Shown: positions 1 through 7,568, counted from the first letter of the stretch. The stretch: 26,625 nucleotides of DNA from Candidatus Nanohaloarchaea archaeon (GCA_047617745.1 JBLGBN010000013.1:1-26625); one strand, 5' to 3'. Notes: generated by a model not told the origin, from the letters alone. Numbers and translations are program-made.

Positions 1-260
1 GTGTAGAAGCGTGCTCCGTAAACTCTGAGCGGTGGTGCTTCTAGTATTGTTACTGCTTCTGCTACTTCCTGACCCTGTGTTGCTCCTTCCTGATCGTCTA
101 TCATCATGACTCGGGTCATTCCTACTTTGTAGCCTGCGAAGCCTAGTGGTTTTTGCTCGTCGGTTTCTTTCCAGTTATCGATGTCTGGATAGATTCTGTC
201 CGCTCTTACTTTAGGCTTGTAGCCTAATGATCCGCTTCTTGGTACGTTTACGTCTGACAT
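1..260 (-). CDS. rpl3: 50S ribosomal protein uL3, N-terminal part (runs off the window edge; not in the ORF track)
   Basis: Manual translation from ATG at 260: MSDVNVPRSGSLGYKPKVRADRIYPDIDNWKETDEQKPLGFAGYKVGMTRV...AVTILEAPPLRVYGARFY, carrying the archaeal L3 motifs PRxGSLGY, FAGYKxGMT and TILExPP. SD GAGGTGA at 271-277. Confidence 0.96.
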   Translation of the reverse strand, partial: MSDVNVPRSGSLGYKPKVRADRIYPDIDNWKETDEQKPLGFAGYKVGMTRVMMIDDQEGATQGQEVAEAVTILEAPPLRVYGARFY

Positions 261-330
261 AGTGTTTGATTCACCTCAGAGGCCTTTCTGTGCGAAAGGC
301 GTGATCCCTGGAGAAATAGTTCTTCAGGGG
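261..330 (-). promoter_or_regulatory. Structured 5' leader of rpl3 (two hairpins plus SD); candidate ribosomal-protein leader
   Basis: Perfect 7-bp stem GCCTTTC/GAAAGGC at 282-300, near-perfect 10-bp stem at 306-329, SD at 271-277, TATA box about 25 nt upstream of position 330. Confidence 0.5.
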
Positions 331-350
331 TAAGAAAACAATCTCAAGTA

Positions 351-368
351 AATTTTATAAAGGGGTTG
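351..368 (-). promoter_or_regulatory. TATA-box promoter of rpl3
   Basis: Minus strand reads AACCCCTTTATAAAATT, resembling the motif upstream of rps10, tuf, fusA and rps12. Confidence 0.65.
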
Positions 369-387
369 ACCCGCTAATGTATTGCAG

Positions 388-416
388 AAAAAAAGGAAAA
401 TAGATGAAGAAAAAAC
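388..416 (-). terminator. Oligo-T terminator of the rtcB cluster
   Basis: T-runs on the minus strand (TTTTTT and TTTTCCTTTTTTTT) directly after the stop codon of the 90-aa ORF. Confidence 0.55.
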
Positions 417-689
417 CTACTCATCCTCTTCTTGCTCCAGATGGTGTTCGACCAGTTTGTCGAAGTTTTTCTGGATTCCTTCATAAACCGCGTCATTCAG
501 AAAAATTGGCACTGTTCCAAGCCCAAGTGGAAGTCTCAACCTGAGGAAGTAGTTTCCGTTTTTGTCCTTGTCGAGCCAGGCGGTCAGCCCGTCATCCCTA
601 TTTACAAATAGAGGAGGGTTTCTTTTGCTGGTTTCCGAGGCTTTTTCGAATTTAAGTTCCCCTTCCGAATCTGAACTGTCTTCTGACAT
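417..689 (-). CDS. Small acidic hypothetical protein, possibly a PC4/DUF736-like single-stranded nucleic-acid-binding fold
   Basis: 90 aa, 24 bp downstream of rtcB. Segment TAWLDKDKNGNYFLRLRL suggests beta strands, followed by a predicted helix and acidic termini. Fold assignment is by eye. Confidence 0.65.
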   Translation of the reverse strand: MSEDSSDSEGELKFEKASETSKRNPPLFVNRDDGLTAWLDKDKNGNYFLRLRLPLGLGTVPIFLNDAVYEGIQKNFDKLVEHHLEQEEDE

Positions 690-713
690 ACCTTATATTT
701 CTCTAGCCTCTTT

Positions 714-2132
714 TTAACCTTTTATATTTACTATTGGAAGCATTTTTGCTACCTTTTTCCCAATTCCAAGTTCGTCGCTAACCTGGATGACTTCGTCAAT
801 ATCCTTGTAGACACCGGGTGCTTCCTCTGCAATGGTTGAACCTGAATCTGCTTTCACCAGTATTCCTTCTCTCTCCAGCTCTTTCTGTACATCTTCGCCC
901 CAGTAGTCCTGCTTGGCCTGAGTTCTGGACATAAGCCTTCCAGCGCCGTGAGCGGTCGAACCGAATGAAATTTCCAGTGAGTTCTGTCCTCCGGATAGAA
1001 TGTAGCTTGAGGTCCCCATGCTTCCTGGGATCAGAACCGGCTGTCCGACATCCGAGTAGACCTCCGGTACTTCTTCTCTTCCGGCGGGCATCGCCCGTGT
1101 CGCGCCTTTTCTGTGCACGATCACATCTTTTTCCTCGCCGTTCACTTTGTGTGTTTCCTCTTTGGCGATGTTGTGGCAGACATCGTACACCATATCTACC
1201 TTTACATCTTCGAAAATAGTATTGAAGCATTCTCGGATTCCCTGCGTCAGGGCCTGTCTGTTGGCCCAGGCATAGTTTGCTGCTGCGTACATTGCATCCT
1301 TGTAGTCCTGCGCCGCTTCATCTTGGATTGGCGCGTAGATCAGGTTTTTCTCAGGTATCTCATCGGCGATTTCCGGGTACTCTTTCTCGAATCTTCTGAG
1401 ATACTTTGTGCAGGTTTCATGGCCTAAACCTCGGGACCCTGAGTGGATCATGATCACGACCTGGTCTTCCTCTAAGCCATAGACCTCTGCCTTCTTATCA
1501 TCGAATACTTCGCCAACAACCTGAACCTCCATGAAATGGTTTCCGGAGCCGAGAGATCCTACCTGGTTTAAGCCCCTCTTTACAGCGTCTTCGGGTACTT
1601 TTTCAGGTTTTCCGGGCAGTCTTCCGTTCTCCTCACATCTTTTCAGGTCTTCTTCTCTGGCATGGCCATTTTCTTCCATCCATTCCATTCCTTTCTCCAG
1701 TATCTCCAGTATATCTTCTTTATCCGTGTCCAGATATCCGCCTTTTCCAAGTCCGACCGGTATCTTGCTGTACATGATATTTGCCAGCTGCTTTTCTTTT
1801 CCATCTATATCTTCGGCAGTTAAGTCTGTTTTCAGCACCCTTACTCCACAGTTAATATCGAAGCCGATTCCTCCCGGGCTTATGATCCCGTTTTCGGCGT
1901 CAAACGCCGCGACTCCACCTATCGGGAAGCCATATCCCTGGTGGCCATCCGGCATGACTATCGAGTATTTCTGTATCCCGGGTAGACAGGCCATATTTCT
2001 GACCTGTTCCAGTGTATCGTCTTCTTTTATCTCCTTCAGAAGCTCTTCCGAGGCGTAGACTCTCGCCGGGACATTCATTTCCTCGTCTTTTGGTATTTCG
2101 TAGATGTTTTCAGATATGTTGTTGAGTTCCAT
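714..2132 (-). CDS. rtcB: RNA-splicing/repair ligase RtcB
   Basis: Motifs MPDGHQGYGFPIGGV, DINCG, SLGSGNHF, HSGSRG, HN, HRKGAT, PGSMG and HGAGR; 472 aa, no intein. Confidence 0.98.
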   Translation of the reverse strand: MELNNISENIYEIPKDEEMNVPARVYASEELLKEIKEDDTLEQVRNMACLPGIQKYSIVMPDGHQGYGFPIGGVAAFDAENGIISPGGIGFDINCGVRVLKTDLTAEDIDGKEKQLANIMYSKIPVGLGKGGYLDTDKEDILEILEKGMEWMEENGHAREEDLKRCEENGRLPGKPEKVPEDAVKRGLNQVGSLGSGNHFMEVQVVGEVFDDKKAEVYGLEEDQVVIMIHSGSRGLGHETCTKYLRRFEKEYPEIADEIPEKNLIYAPIQDEAAQDYKDAMYAAANYAWANRQALTQGIRECFNTIFEDVKVDMVYDVCHNIAKEETHKVNGEEKDVIVHRKGATRAMPAGREEVPEVYSDVGQPVLIPGSMGTSSYILSGGQNSLEISFGSTAHGAGRLMSRTQAKQDYWGEDVQKELEREGILVKADSGSTIAEEAPGVYKDIDEVIQVSDELGIGKKVAKMLPIVNIKG

Positions 2133-2185
2133 ATGTAGAAAATACTGAGTCAGTTTTTTACAGTCTTATTCCCATCAGCGAATGT

Positions 2186-2605
2186 TTATATGTCGAGCAC
2201 GGCTTCGACTACCCATCCGGTTCCTTTCTCGTAGTCAACATTCATTTCGTTGTAGGTTGGGGCCTTGATATCTTGGAAGCTGTCCTCTTCGTCGATGGCA
2301 TCTACCCAGATAACTGCTTTAATTAGGTAGGAATCTTCTTTTTCCTCGATACTTAGTTCTTCCGTTTGACATACAGCGACACCTTCAGTGTCCTGCAGGA
2401 AGATCAATTTATCTAGAAAGTCGAAAAGTAATGCTTCATGACTCTCCGACTCTACCTCTATCTCATGCTGATATTCTCCGGCTTCGGGGTCTGATCCAAC
2501 TATTTCGCCGAAGGCCTTCACAGCATCTGAGAACGCTTCATTCAGTGTTTCTCCTTCCGCCCTGAATTTCTCATCTGCTGTATGCTCAAGTATTTCGTAG
2601 CTCAT
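2186..2605 (-). CDS. Archease (RtcB activator)
   Basis: N-terminal YEILEHTAD, IKAPTY and C-terminal AVLDI; adjacent to rtcB. Confidence 0.96.
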   Translation of the reverse strand: MSYEILEHTADEKFRAEGETLNEAFSDAVKAFGEIVGSDPEAGEYQHEIEVESESHEALLFDFLDKLIFLQDTEGVAVCQTEELSIEEKEDSYLIKAVIWVDAIDEEDSFQDIKAPTYNEMNVDYEKGTGWVVEAVLDI

Positions 2606-2608
2606 CTT

Positions 2609-3220
2609 TTATTCCCTGTATCTTTCTGGGAACTCGTCTTTCAAAACTTTGTCTACTTTTTTCTCCTGTTCTTCTATACTTAGTTCTGTATTATCGAGTA
2701 TTAGATCGTATATGTCTGATTTCCACATATTAATGCCGTAGTATTCCTGGTAGCGCTGGTTGTTGTCCTCATCTCTCTTCCGGATTTTATCTTTTACTTC
2801 CTCAATATCTTTTCCGCCTTCTTCGTTCTCTCGGTTTTCCAGATCTTCTTTCACCCTTCTGGCTCTCTCCCCGAGGTCGGCTGTAACATATATCCGGAAG
2901 TCCGAGTAATCTCCCAGTACTTTTGAAGCAATCCTAGATTCGATGACGCAGTTCTCGTTCAGTCCTCTTTCCAGTGTTCTTCTGTCTACCTCTACATCTA
3001 CCTCTTTGCCTGCTCTCTCGGAAAGCTCTTCAACTGTCAGGTCTTTTTCTGCTGCTATCTGTCTGAAGAAATCCCCTGCCGAGTAATATTTTAGATTGAG
3101 TTTTTCGGCTACAAATTTGGCGAGTGTTCCTTTTCCGGACCCGGATGGCCCGTCAATAGTTATCACGAGATCTGATTTTTTCTCCCTGTCATCCTGGAAT
3201 TCCTCGATATAGCTTCCCAT
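2609..3220 (-). CDS. cmk: Cytidylate kinase, archaeal type
   Basis: ITIDGPSGSGKGT P-loop, SAGDFFRQIA, ESR, RYQEYYGI and YDLILDN. Confidence 0.92.
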   Translation of the reverse strand: MGSYIEEFQDDREKKSDLVITIDGPSGSGKGTLAKFVAEKLNLKYYSAGDFFRQIAAEKDLTVEELSERAGKEVDVEVDRRTLERGLNENCVIESRIASKVLGDYSDFRIYVTADLGERARRVKEDLENRENEEGGKDIEEVKDKIRKRDEDNNQRYQEYYGINMWKSDIYDLILDNTELSIEEQEKKVDKVLKDEFPERYRE

Positions 3221-3266
3221 GTTCTGGTTTTACCTACTGTTATTTTATTGGTTTTTATCCTTTAGT

Positions 3267-3809
3267 CTAACGGGAGACAAAGCTGTTATATGGTATATAG
3301 TATCGGAGCTCGCGGTTCTGGGATTTGTTTATACCGATTCTTGTTGAGGCTTCAACCCGCTCGGCTGTTTCTCTCTCAATTTCCAGTTTCTCGCCGACTT
3401 CTGTGCCATTCATTTCTTTCGAAATTTCCAGTGCTTCACATATCTTTCCAGGCCCACTGCAGAGATCTTTTTTCTCCTCAACTCCACGGTTCTGCCTCAT
3501 CTTATTTACTCCTTCCAGCGGTTCCAGCGACCTGATAAGAACACCTCCTACACCATCTTTCTCTGTCGTGAAGTTGAGCATGTGGTGGATTCCATAGCAG
3601 AGGTAGATGTAGACTCTTCCATGTGTTTCGTACATCAGTCGGTTTCTCTCCGTCTTTTTAGGGTAGGCGTGAGAAGCAGGATCGTCTTCAAGATATGCCT
3701 CGGTCTCTACGATTCTCCCTTTCATACCCTTTCTACAGAGCACACATCCGAGAAGATCTTTCGCTATTGTCTCAGTATCTCTAGCGAAGAAAGGTTTTTC
3801 TACATTCAT
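3267..3809 (-). CDS. mpg: 3-methyladenine DNA glycosylase (MPG/AAG family)
   Basis: Motifs IAKDLLG, IVETEAY, YIYLCYGIH, VLIRSLEP, GPGKIC and RIGI. Confidence 0.95.
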   Translation of the reverse strand: MNVEKPFFARDTETIAKDLLGCVLCRKGMKGRIVETEAYLEDDPASHAYPKKTERNRLMYETHGRVYIYLCYGIHHMLNFTTEKDGVGGVLIRSLEPLEGVNKMRQNRGVEEKKDLCSGPGKICEALEISKEMNGTEVGEKLEIERETAERVEASTRIGINKSQNRELRYYIPYNSFVSR

Positions 3810-3841
3810 ATCAAGGGTTGAGAAGCTAAGGTTTATCGGGT

Positions 3842-4123
3842 TTACTCCTTTATGTCTCCAAGCTTCTCTTCAAACTCGTCGGCTATTTTCAGTACTTTTC
3901 TTCCTCTATCTGTTATCTCGTAACCTACTTTTCTTCTCCCTGTATCTGATCTTATTACGGTTTCTTCCAGTCCGTCAAGTGCGACCAGCTCTTTCAGCCT
4001 TTTGGTTACTGTTGCCGAGCTGAGTTTTTCACCATCTATCTCTATATCGGTGTAGTCGTCGAACGACTTCTTTTCGTCTTTTGTCTCCCGGAGTATCGCG
4101 ATTGCGCCTTTTGGAAGGGTCAT
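3842..4123 (-). CDS. Winged-helix transcriptional regulator (HxlR/MarR-like)
   Basis: LSSATVTKRLKELV recognition helix and RKVGYEITDRGR wing; 93 aa; divergent from 4285..5043. Confidence 0.82.
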   Translation of the reverse strand: MTLPKGAIAILRETKDEKKSFDDYTDIEIDGEKLSSATVTKRLKELVALDGLEETVIRSDTGRRKVGYEITDRGRKVLKIADEFEEKLGDIKE

Positions 4124-4174
4124 ATTATTACAATTGATTTTTAACTTGTTTAAGTTTTCAGTTTCTGGTTGCTT

Positions 4175-4194
4175 TACTTTAGTAAACTAAAGTA
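4175..4194. promoter_or_regulatory. Perfect palindromic operator TACTTTAGT-AA-ACTAAAGTA
   Basis: 9-2-9 perfect inverted repeat in the divergent intergenic region next to a wHTH gene. Confidence 0.65.
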
Positions 4195-4226
4195 GTATTT
4201 AGGACAGCTAAAATCTATTTCAATGG

Positions 4227-4273
4227 CTGAAAACGTTAGATATCTGTTATAAAATACCTTCTGACGTTTTTAG
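4227..4273 (+). promoter_or_regulatory. TATA box (TTATAAAA, 4247-4254) flanked by a 14-bp imperfect inverted repeat
   Basis: CTGAAAACGTTAGA (4227-4240) and TCTGACGTTTTTAG (4260-4273) are complementary at 12 of 14 positions. Confidence 0.5.
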
Positions 4274-4284
4274 TTCTTAATGAG

Positions 4285-5043
4285 GTGTCACAATTGAACA
4301 CAAAGCTTTTAGTTCCGCTAATAGCTGCAGTTATCGTTTCAGGTGGCTTAGGCTACATGGGGGGTCAGATGGAGAAACAGTCAGAGATAGACAGAAAAGA
4401 CAACATGATTGATTCCCAGGAAGAGAGGATAAGTTCTCTTGAGAGCCAGGTCTCTGAACTGGAACAGGAAAGAAATCAGGCGCAGATCAATTCTATGACT
4501 CCGGCAGATGATCTCAGGGTAGGCCTGAACAGTGATCTGAAGGAGCATGTTGATTTAGGCTTGATCGCTTTAAGAAACGCTTATGACGGCGACGCAGATA
4601 CTCAGGCATCAGTAGCTCAGCTAGATCAGAACAGTCAGGATCTGGCAGCGAAGGTCGGAAGTGTCTACGGCGACGAGGCAGAACAGCAGTTCCTAGGTCT
4701 CTGGAGAGATCACATCGGTTACTTTGTCGATTATACAGAAGGTCTCAAGGCAGACAACCAGACAAAAATGGATAGAGCCGACCAGAATCTTGAAGGATAC
4801 GCTGAAAGCGCTGGAACATTCTTCAACGACGCCAATCCAAACATTCCGAGAGACGGAGTTGTAACTCTTGCAGAAGAGCACAAAACTCTAGTCATCGAAT
4901 CTATGGAAGCGTACGATGAAGGAAACTACGAAATGGCTTACCAGAAGCAGAGAGAAGCCAACAAGCAGGTCAGCAAGATAGCGGACGCACTTACAGCAGG
5001 AATTGTAGAGCAGAATCCCGAAACTTTCCAGCCGGAAAACTAG
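4285..5043 (+). CDS. Membrane-anchored or secreted helical-bundle protein with His/Glu motifs, resembling Bacillus proteins often labelled 'copper amine oxidase'; true start possibly TTG at 4294
   Basis: N-terminal hydrophobic helix, coiled coil, then TPADDLR..L.EH, GSVYG.EA..QF..LW..HIGYFVDY, EH and AGIVEQNPETF. GAGGTG at 4282-4287 is a SD 6 nt before the in-frame TTG. Confidence 0.75.
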   Translation: MSQLNTKLLVPLIAAVIVSGGLGYMGGQMEKQSEIDRKDNMIDSQEERISSLESQVSELEQERNQAQINSMTPADDLRVGLNSDLKEHVDLGLIALRNAYDGDADTQASVAQLDQNSQDLAAKVGSVYGDEAEQQFLGLWRDHIGYFVDYTEGLKADNQTKMDRADQNLEGYAESAGTFFNDANPNIPRDGVVTLAEEHKTLVIESMEAYDEGNYEMAYQKQREANKQVSKIADALTAGIVEQNPETFQPEN

Positions 5044-5055
5044 GGATTTAGCTCA

Positions 5056-5080
5056 TTTTTCTCTTTTTTATTTCCTTTAT
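5056..5080 (+). terminator. Oligo-T terminator
   Basis: Several consecutive T-runs immediately after the stop of 4285..5043. Confidence 0.6.
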
Positions 5081-5159
5081 AGAGATTTTTAACGCTTTCT
5101 TGGTATTAACTTTCTCGTGGGCTTGTTTTATGAGCCTTTTTGAATAGTAGGTGGAAGAT

Positions 5160-5885
5160 ATGGGAGGAGCAAAGAACTGGGGAAAAGAGTATGAGCACAG
5201 TGACGAGATTTACTGGGTTCATGAAGGAAAATTTGACTTCGGTCTCTTCGCTGACAAGGAAAACGGCAAATGGAAATTGACGCTTTCTACACCTACTTGG
5301 CCTGAAAAATATGACAAAAAGATTATAGAAACTGATACAAAGAAAAGGATGAAATCCTTCGCCTATGACTGGAGAAGATCACATACTGAGACGAAGGATC
5401 TGCTGAAAGAGGCGGAGGTCTGGATAGACAATACTAGAAAGATATTCAATCCGTTCAATGTAAGTCTGGCTCTGATGAATCTTTTTCTGTTTCTGGCACT
5501 TCTACAGACATGGAAGTTTATTGAACCTGTATTTGGAGAAGTCTTTCTCGGCATGATAATGGGTGCTGGAGGAGCTATATTCCTGATGGAGGCTTTCTAC
5601 ACTGGAGATGTTTTCAATATCAAGGCGCCGCTTCTAAGCGCAGAGGAAGCAGTTTCTCTGATTACAGGCGTTTTCGCCATCTTAAGCTCTTATGGCTATA
5701 TTTCAGGTTCTGATTTCTTTATAACGCATTTCTCCGGAGTTCAGGGTGGAATCTTTGGGTTCATGTTTACTTATCTGACAATCCACTGGCTGAAGAACAG
5801 GTTGTTGAGATTTACCTATCTGGCTACCTACTGGGTGAAACAGAGGTTGTTCAAACTTGCTTCTCTGAGAAAGAAATTTGTATGA
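5160..5885 (+). CDS. Hypothetical membrane protein: Trp-rich soluble N-terminal domain plus about 4 TM helices (ORF track start is GTG 5151; ATG 5160 follows SD AGGTGG)
   Basis: About 240-aa ORF with hydrophobic segments from roughly residue 100; the stop is 3 nt from the tRNA 3' end. Confidence 0.7.
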   Translation: MGGAKNWGKEYEHSDEIYWVHEGKFDFGLFADKENGKWKLTLSTPTWPEKYDKKIIETDTKKRMKSFAYDWRRSHTETKDLLKEAEVWIDNTRKIFNPFNVSLALMNLFLFLALLQTWKFIEPVFGEVFLGMIMGAGGAIFLMEAFYTGDVFNIKAPLLSAEEAVSLITGVFAILSSYGYISGSDFFITHFSGVQGGIFGFMFTYLTIHWLKNRLLRFTYLATYWVKQRLFKLASLRKKFV

Positions 5886-5888
5886 GAT

Positions 5889-5974
5889 CGCCGGAGCTGG
5901 GATTTGAACCCAGGAGGGCGGTAATGCCCACCACCTTTCCAGGGTGGCACCTTTAGCCACTCAGTCACTCCGGC
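5889..5974 (-). tRNA. tRNA-Ser(GGA), type II long variable arm, no intron, CCA not encoded
   Basis: GCCGGAG/CTCCGGC acceptor stem plus G discriminator, CCACC-CTGGAAA-GGTGG anticodon arm, GGGC-ATTACC-GCCC variable arm, GGTTCAAATCC T-loop. Position after rps10 is conserved in many archaea. Confidence 0.96.
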
Positions 5975-6004
5975 ATGATTGGTTACGCTCGATCAGTACG
6001 CAAT

Positions 6005-6025
6005 AAGGCATTCATAGAATGCCTT
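6005..6025. repeat. Perfect 9-bp hairpin AAGGCATTC-ATA-GAATGCCTT upstream of tRNA-Ser
   Basis: Read directly from the sequence. Confidence 0.7.
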
Positions 6026-6092
6026 CCAAGCTAATGTAAGAATAGAAGCTGGTAGAAACTTTAAATTAGAAGTGGGAAATATGAGAGGAATT

Positions 6093-6401
6093 TTATTCCT
6101 CTAGCTCGATTTCTATGTCTACTCCTTCTGGTACATGCACTCGCATTACCTGTCGGAGCGCTCTCTCGGAGTCCATGATGTCGATGAGTCGCTTGTGGAT
6201 GTGCATTTCGTATCTCTCAATGGTTTCGCTTCCCTCTCCGTCCGGCGCTTTTCTTGTTGGTATTGTTAGCTGGTCGGTTGGTAGGGGAACTGGTCCTGAT
6301 AGTTCTGCGTCGTATTCGTCTGCTATTTCTTCGATTTCGTCAGCCAGTTTATCGACTTTTTCCTGGCTTGTGCTTCTGAGTTTTACACGTGCCTTCTGCA
6401 T
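6093..6401 (-). CDS. rps10: 30S ribosomal protein uS10
   Basis: Motifs ARVKLRS, SGPVPLPT, RKAPDGEGSET and MHIHKRLIDI. Confidence 0.98.
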   Translation of the reverse strand: MQKARVKLRSTSQEKVDKLADEIEEIADEYDAELSGPVPLPTDQLTIPTRKAPDGEGSETIERYEMHIHKRLIDIMDSERALRQVMRVHVPEGVDIEIELEE

Positions 6402-6417
6402 AGAGTTACTTCACGCA

Positions 6418-6435
6418 GTTAAATCTTATAAATGG
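6418..6435 (-). promoter_or_regulatory. TATA promoter of rps10 (leaderless or short leader)
   Basis: Minus strand CCATTTATAAGATTTAAC; the TATA lies at -31 to -24 from the ATG. Confidence 0.65.
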
Positions 6436-6479
6436 TGTTAGATGTCTGCAATGGCAATAGGTGGAAAGAAAGGTTTTTC

Positions 6480-7514
6480 TCATCGGTTATTGTATCTGAT
6501 TACTGCTTCCATTGTGATGGTGTAGGCGAGTACTGCAGTTAGAAGATTTAGAGCTGAGTTCTGTAGGAGGTTGTTGCCGGCGATCAGTCCTACTAGAATC
6601 GTGATTCCTATGAGTACTGAACCTATGATTTGGTGTAATATGTAGCCCCACAGTGTGTACTTTCCGTAGAGGTTTATCCTTGTTTGACTACCCAAATTAG
6701 GGTAAAGAATGCCGATTAGAAAAATGCTTAATGCGAAAGGTAGAGTAAAAAAGGAGTAATCCTGCCAGAAAAATGGATTTATACCTGCGACCTCGGTAAT
6801 GAACGCTCTTTCCAGCAAGTTGAGAACTCCAAATATCGGTAACGTTATCAGAAGTTTCTGCCTGTGTCTTTTCAGTACTTCAAGCCCTTTTCCGGAGAGT
6901 TTGAATCCTATAGATGTGTAGAATAGCCCGAAAAAGAATCCGTCTCTAGCTGGTAACGGCAGGCTTACAACGGAGTAGGTGTTGGCCAGGATACCGATTA
7001 AATGGAGTAACCCTGCGGTGAAGAGAAGAATGTCAAACTTTTTGTATTTTTCAAAGGTGTAGATTACCCCTATTGAGAAAATTAGAGCGGTGAAGAACCA
7101 GAGCGATCCTCTAACTGCATTTCCTGTGTAAATAAAGTTGTATAGAAGCTCTAGTCCGCCTGTGATATTTACCCGTGAAATAGGAAGCGTTAGACCTGTG
7201 AAGGTCTCTACTGCTATAAGTACCAGCTGGAGAGCAAGGTATAGAGCTGATGCCAGCAGATAGTAGTATACCAGTTTCCTGAGGTATTTTCTGGTATAGC
7301 TTTTTTCTTCTTTCTCCTCTAGTTTTTTCTTGAAAAGATATCCGGAGGTTAGGAAGAATACGGGGATCGCAAATCTGGCGGTGTTAAGTACTATGAAGCT
7401 TAGAATATCTGGTTGCAGTGTCTCCCCGATGAAATATCCTCTTATGTGGATAAGTACTACGGATAGAAGAGCCAGACCTTTCAGTGTGTCAAGGCTTTCT
7501 ATTCTATCATTCAT
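6480..7514 (-). CDS. Membrane O-acyltransferase (Acyl_transf_3 / OafA-like)
   Basis: RIESLDTLKGLALLSVVLIH, RFAIPVFFLTSGY, LWFF and GKYTLWGYILH; about 10 TM helices. Confidence 0.9.
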   Translation of the reverse strand: MNDRIESLDTLKGLALLSVVLIHIRGYFIGETLQPDILSFIVLNTARFAIPVFFLTSGYLFKKKLEEKEEKSYTRKYLRKLVYYYLLASALYLALQLVLIAVETFTGLTLPISRVNITGGLELLYNFIYTGNAVRGSLWFFTALIFSIGVIYTFEKYKKFDILLFTAGLLHLIGILANTYSVVSLPLPARDGFFFGLFYTSIGFKLSGKGLEVLKRHRQKLLITLPIFGVLNLLERAFITEVAGINPFFWQDYSFFTLPFALSIFLIGILYPNLGSQTRINLYGKYTLWGYILHQIIGSVLIGITILVGLIAGNNLLQNSALNLLTAVLAYTITMEAVIRYNNR

Positions 7515-7529
7515 TTTTACTGCCTGTAA

Positions 7530-7568
7530 AGAAAATTAGAAAAAATGTAGAGGGGTTGAAAAACCCTC
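7530..7568 (-). terminator. Hairpin plus U-tract terminator after tuf
   Basis: Minus strand GAGGGTT-TTTC-AACCCCTC followed by TACATTTTTTCTAATTTTCT. Confidence 0.65.

Noticed and set aside
5703..5960. 85-aa minus-strand ORF
   Set aside because: It starts inside tRNA-Ser and is antisense to the 5160..5885 gene.
3842..5974. Integrated element at tRNA-Ser
   Set aside because: No integrase, and no duplicated tRNA 3' end (att site) found by eye in the window.
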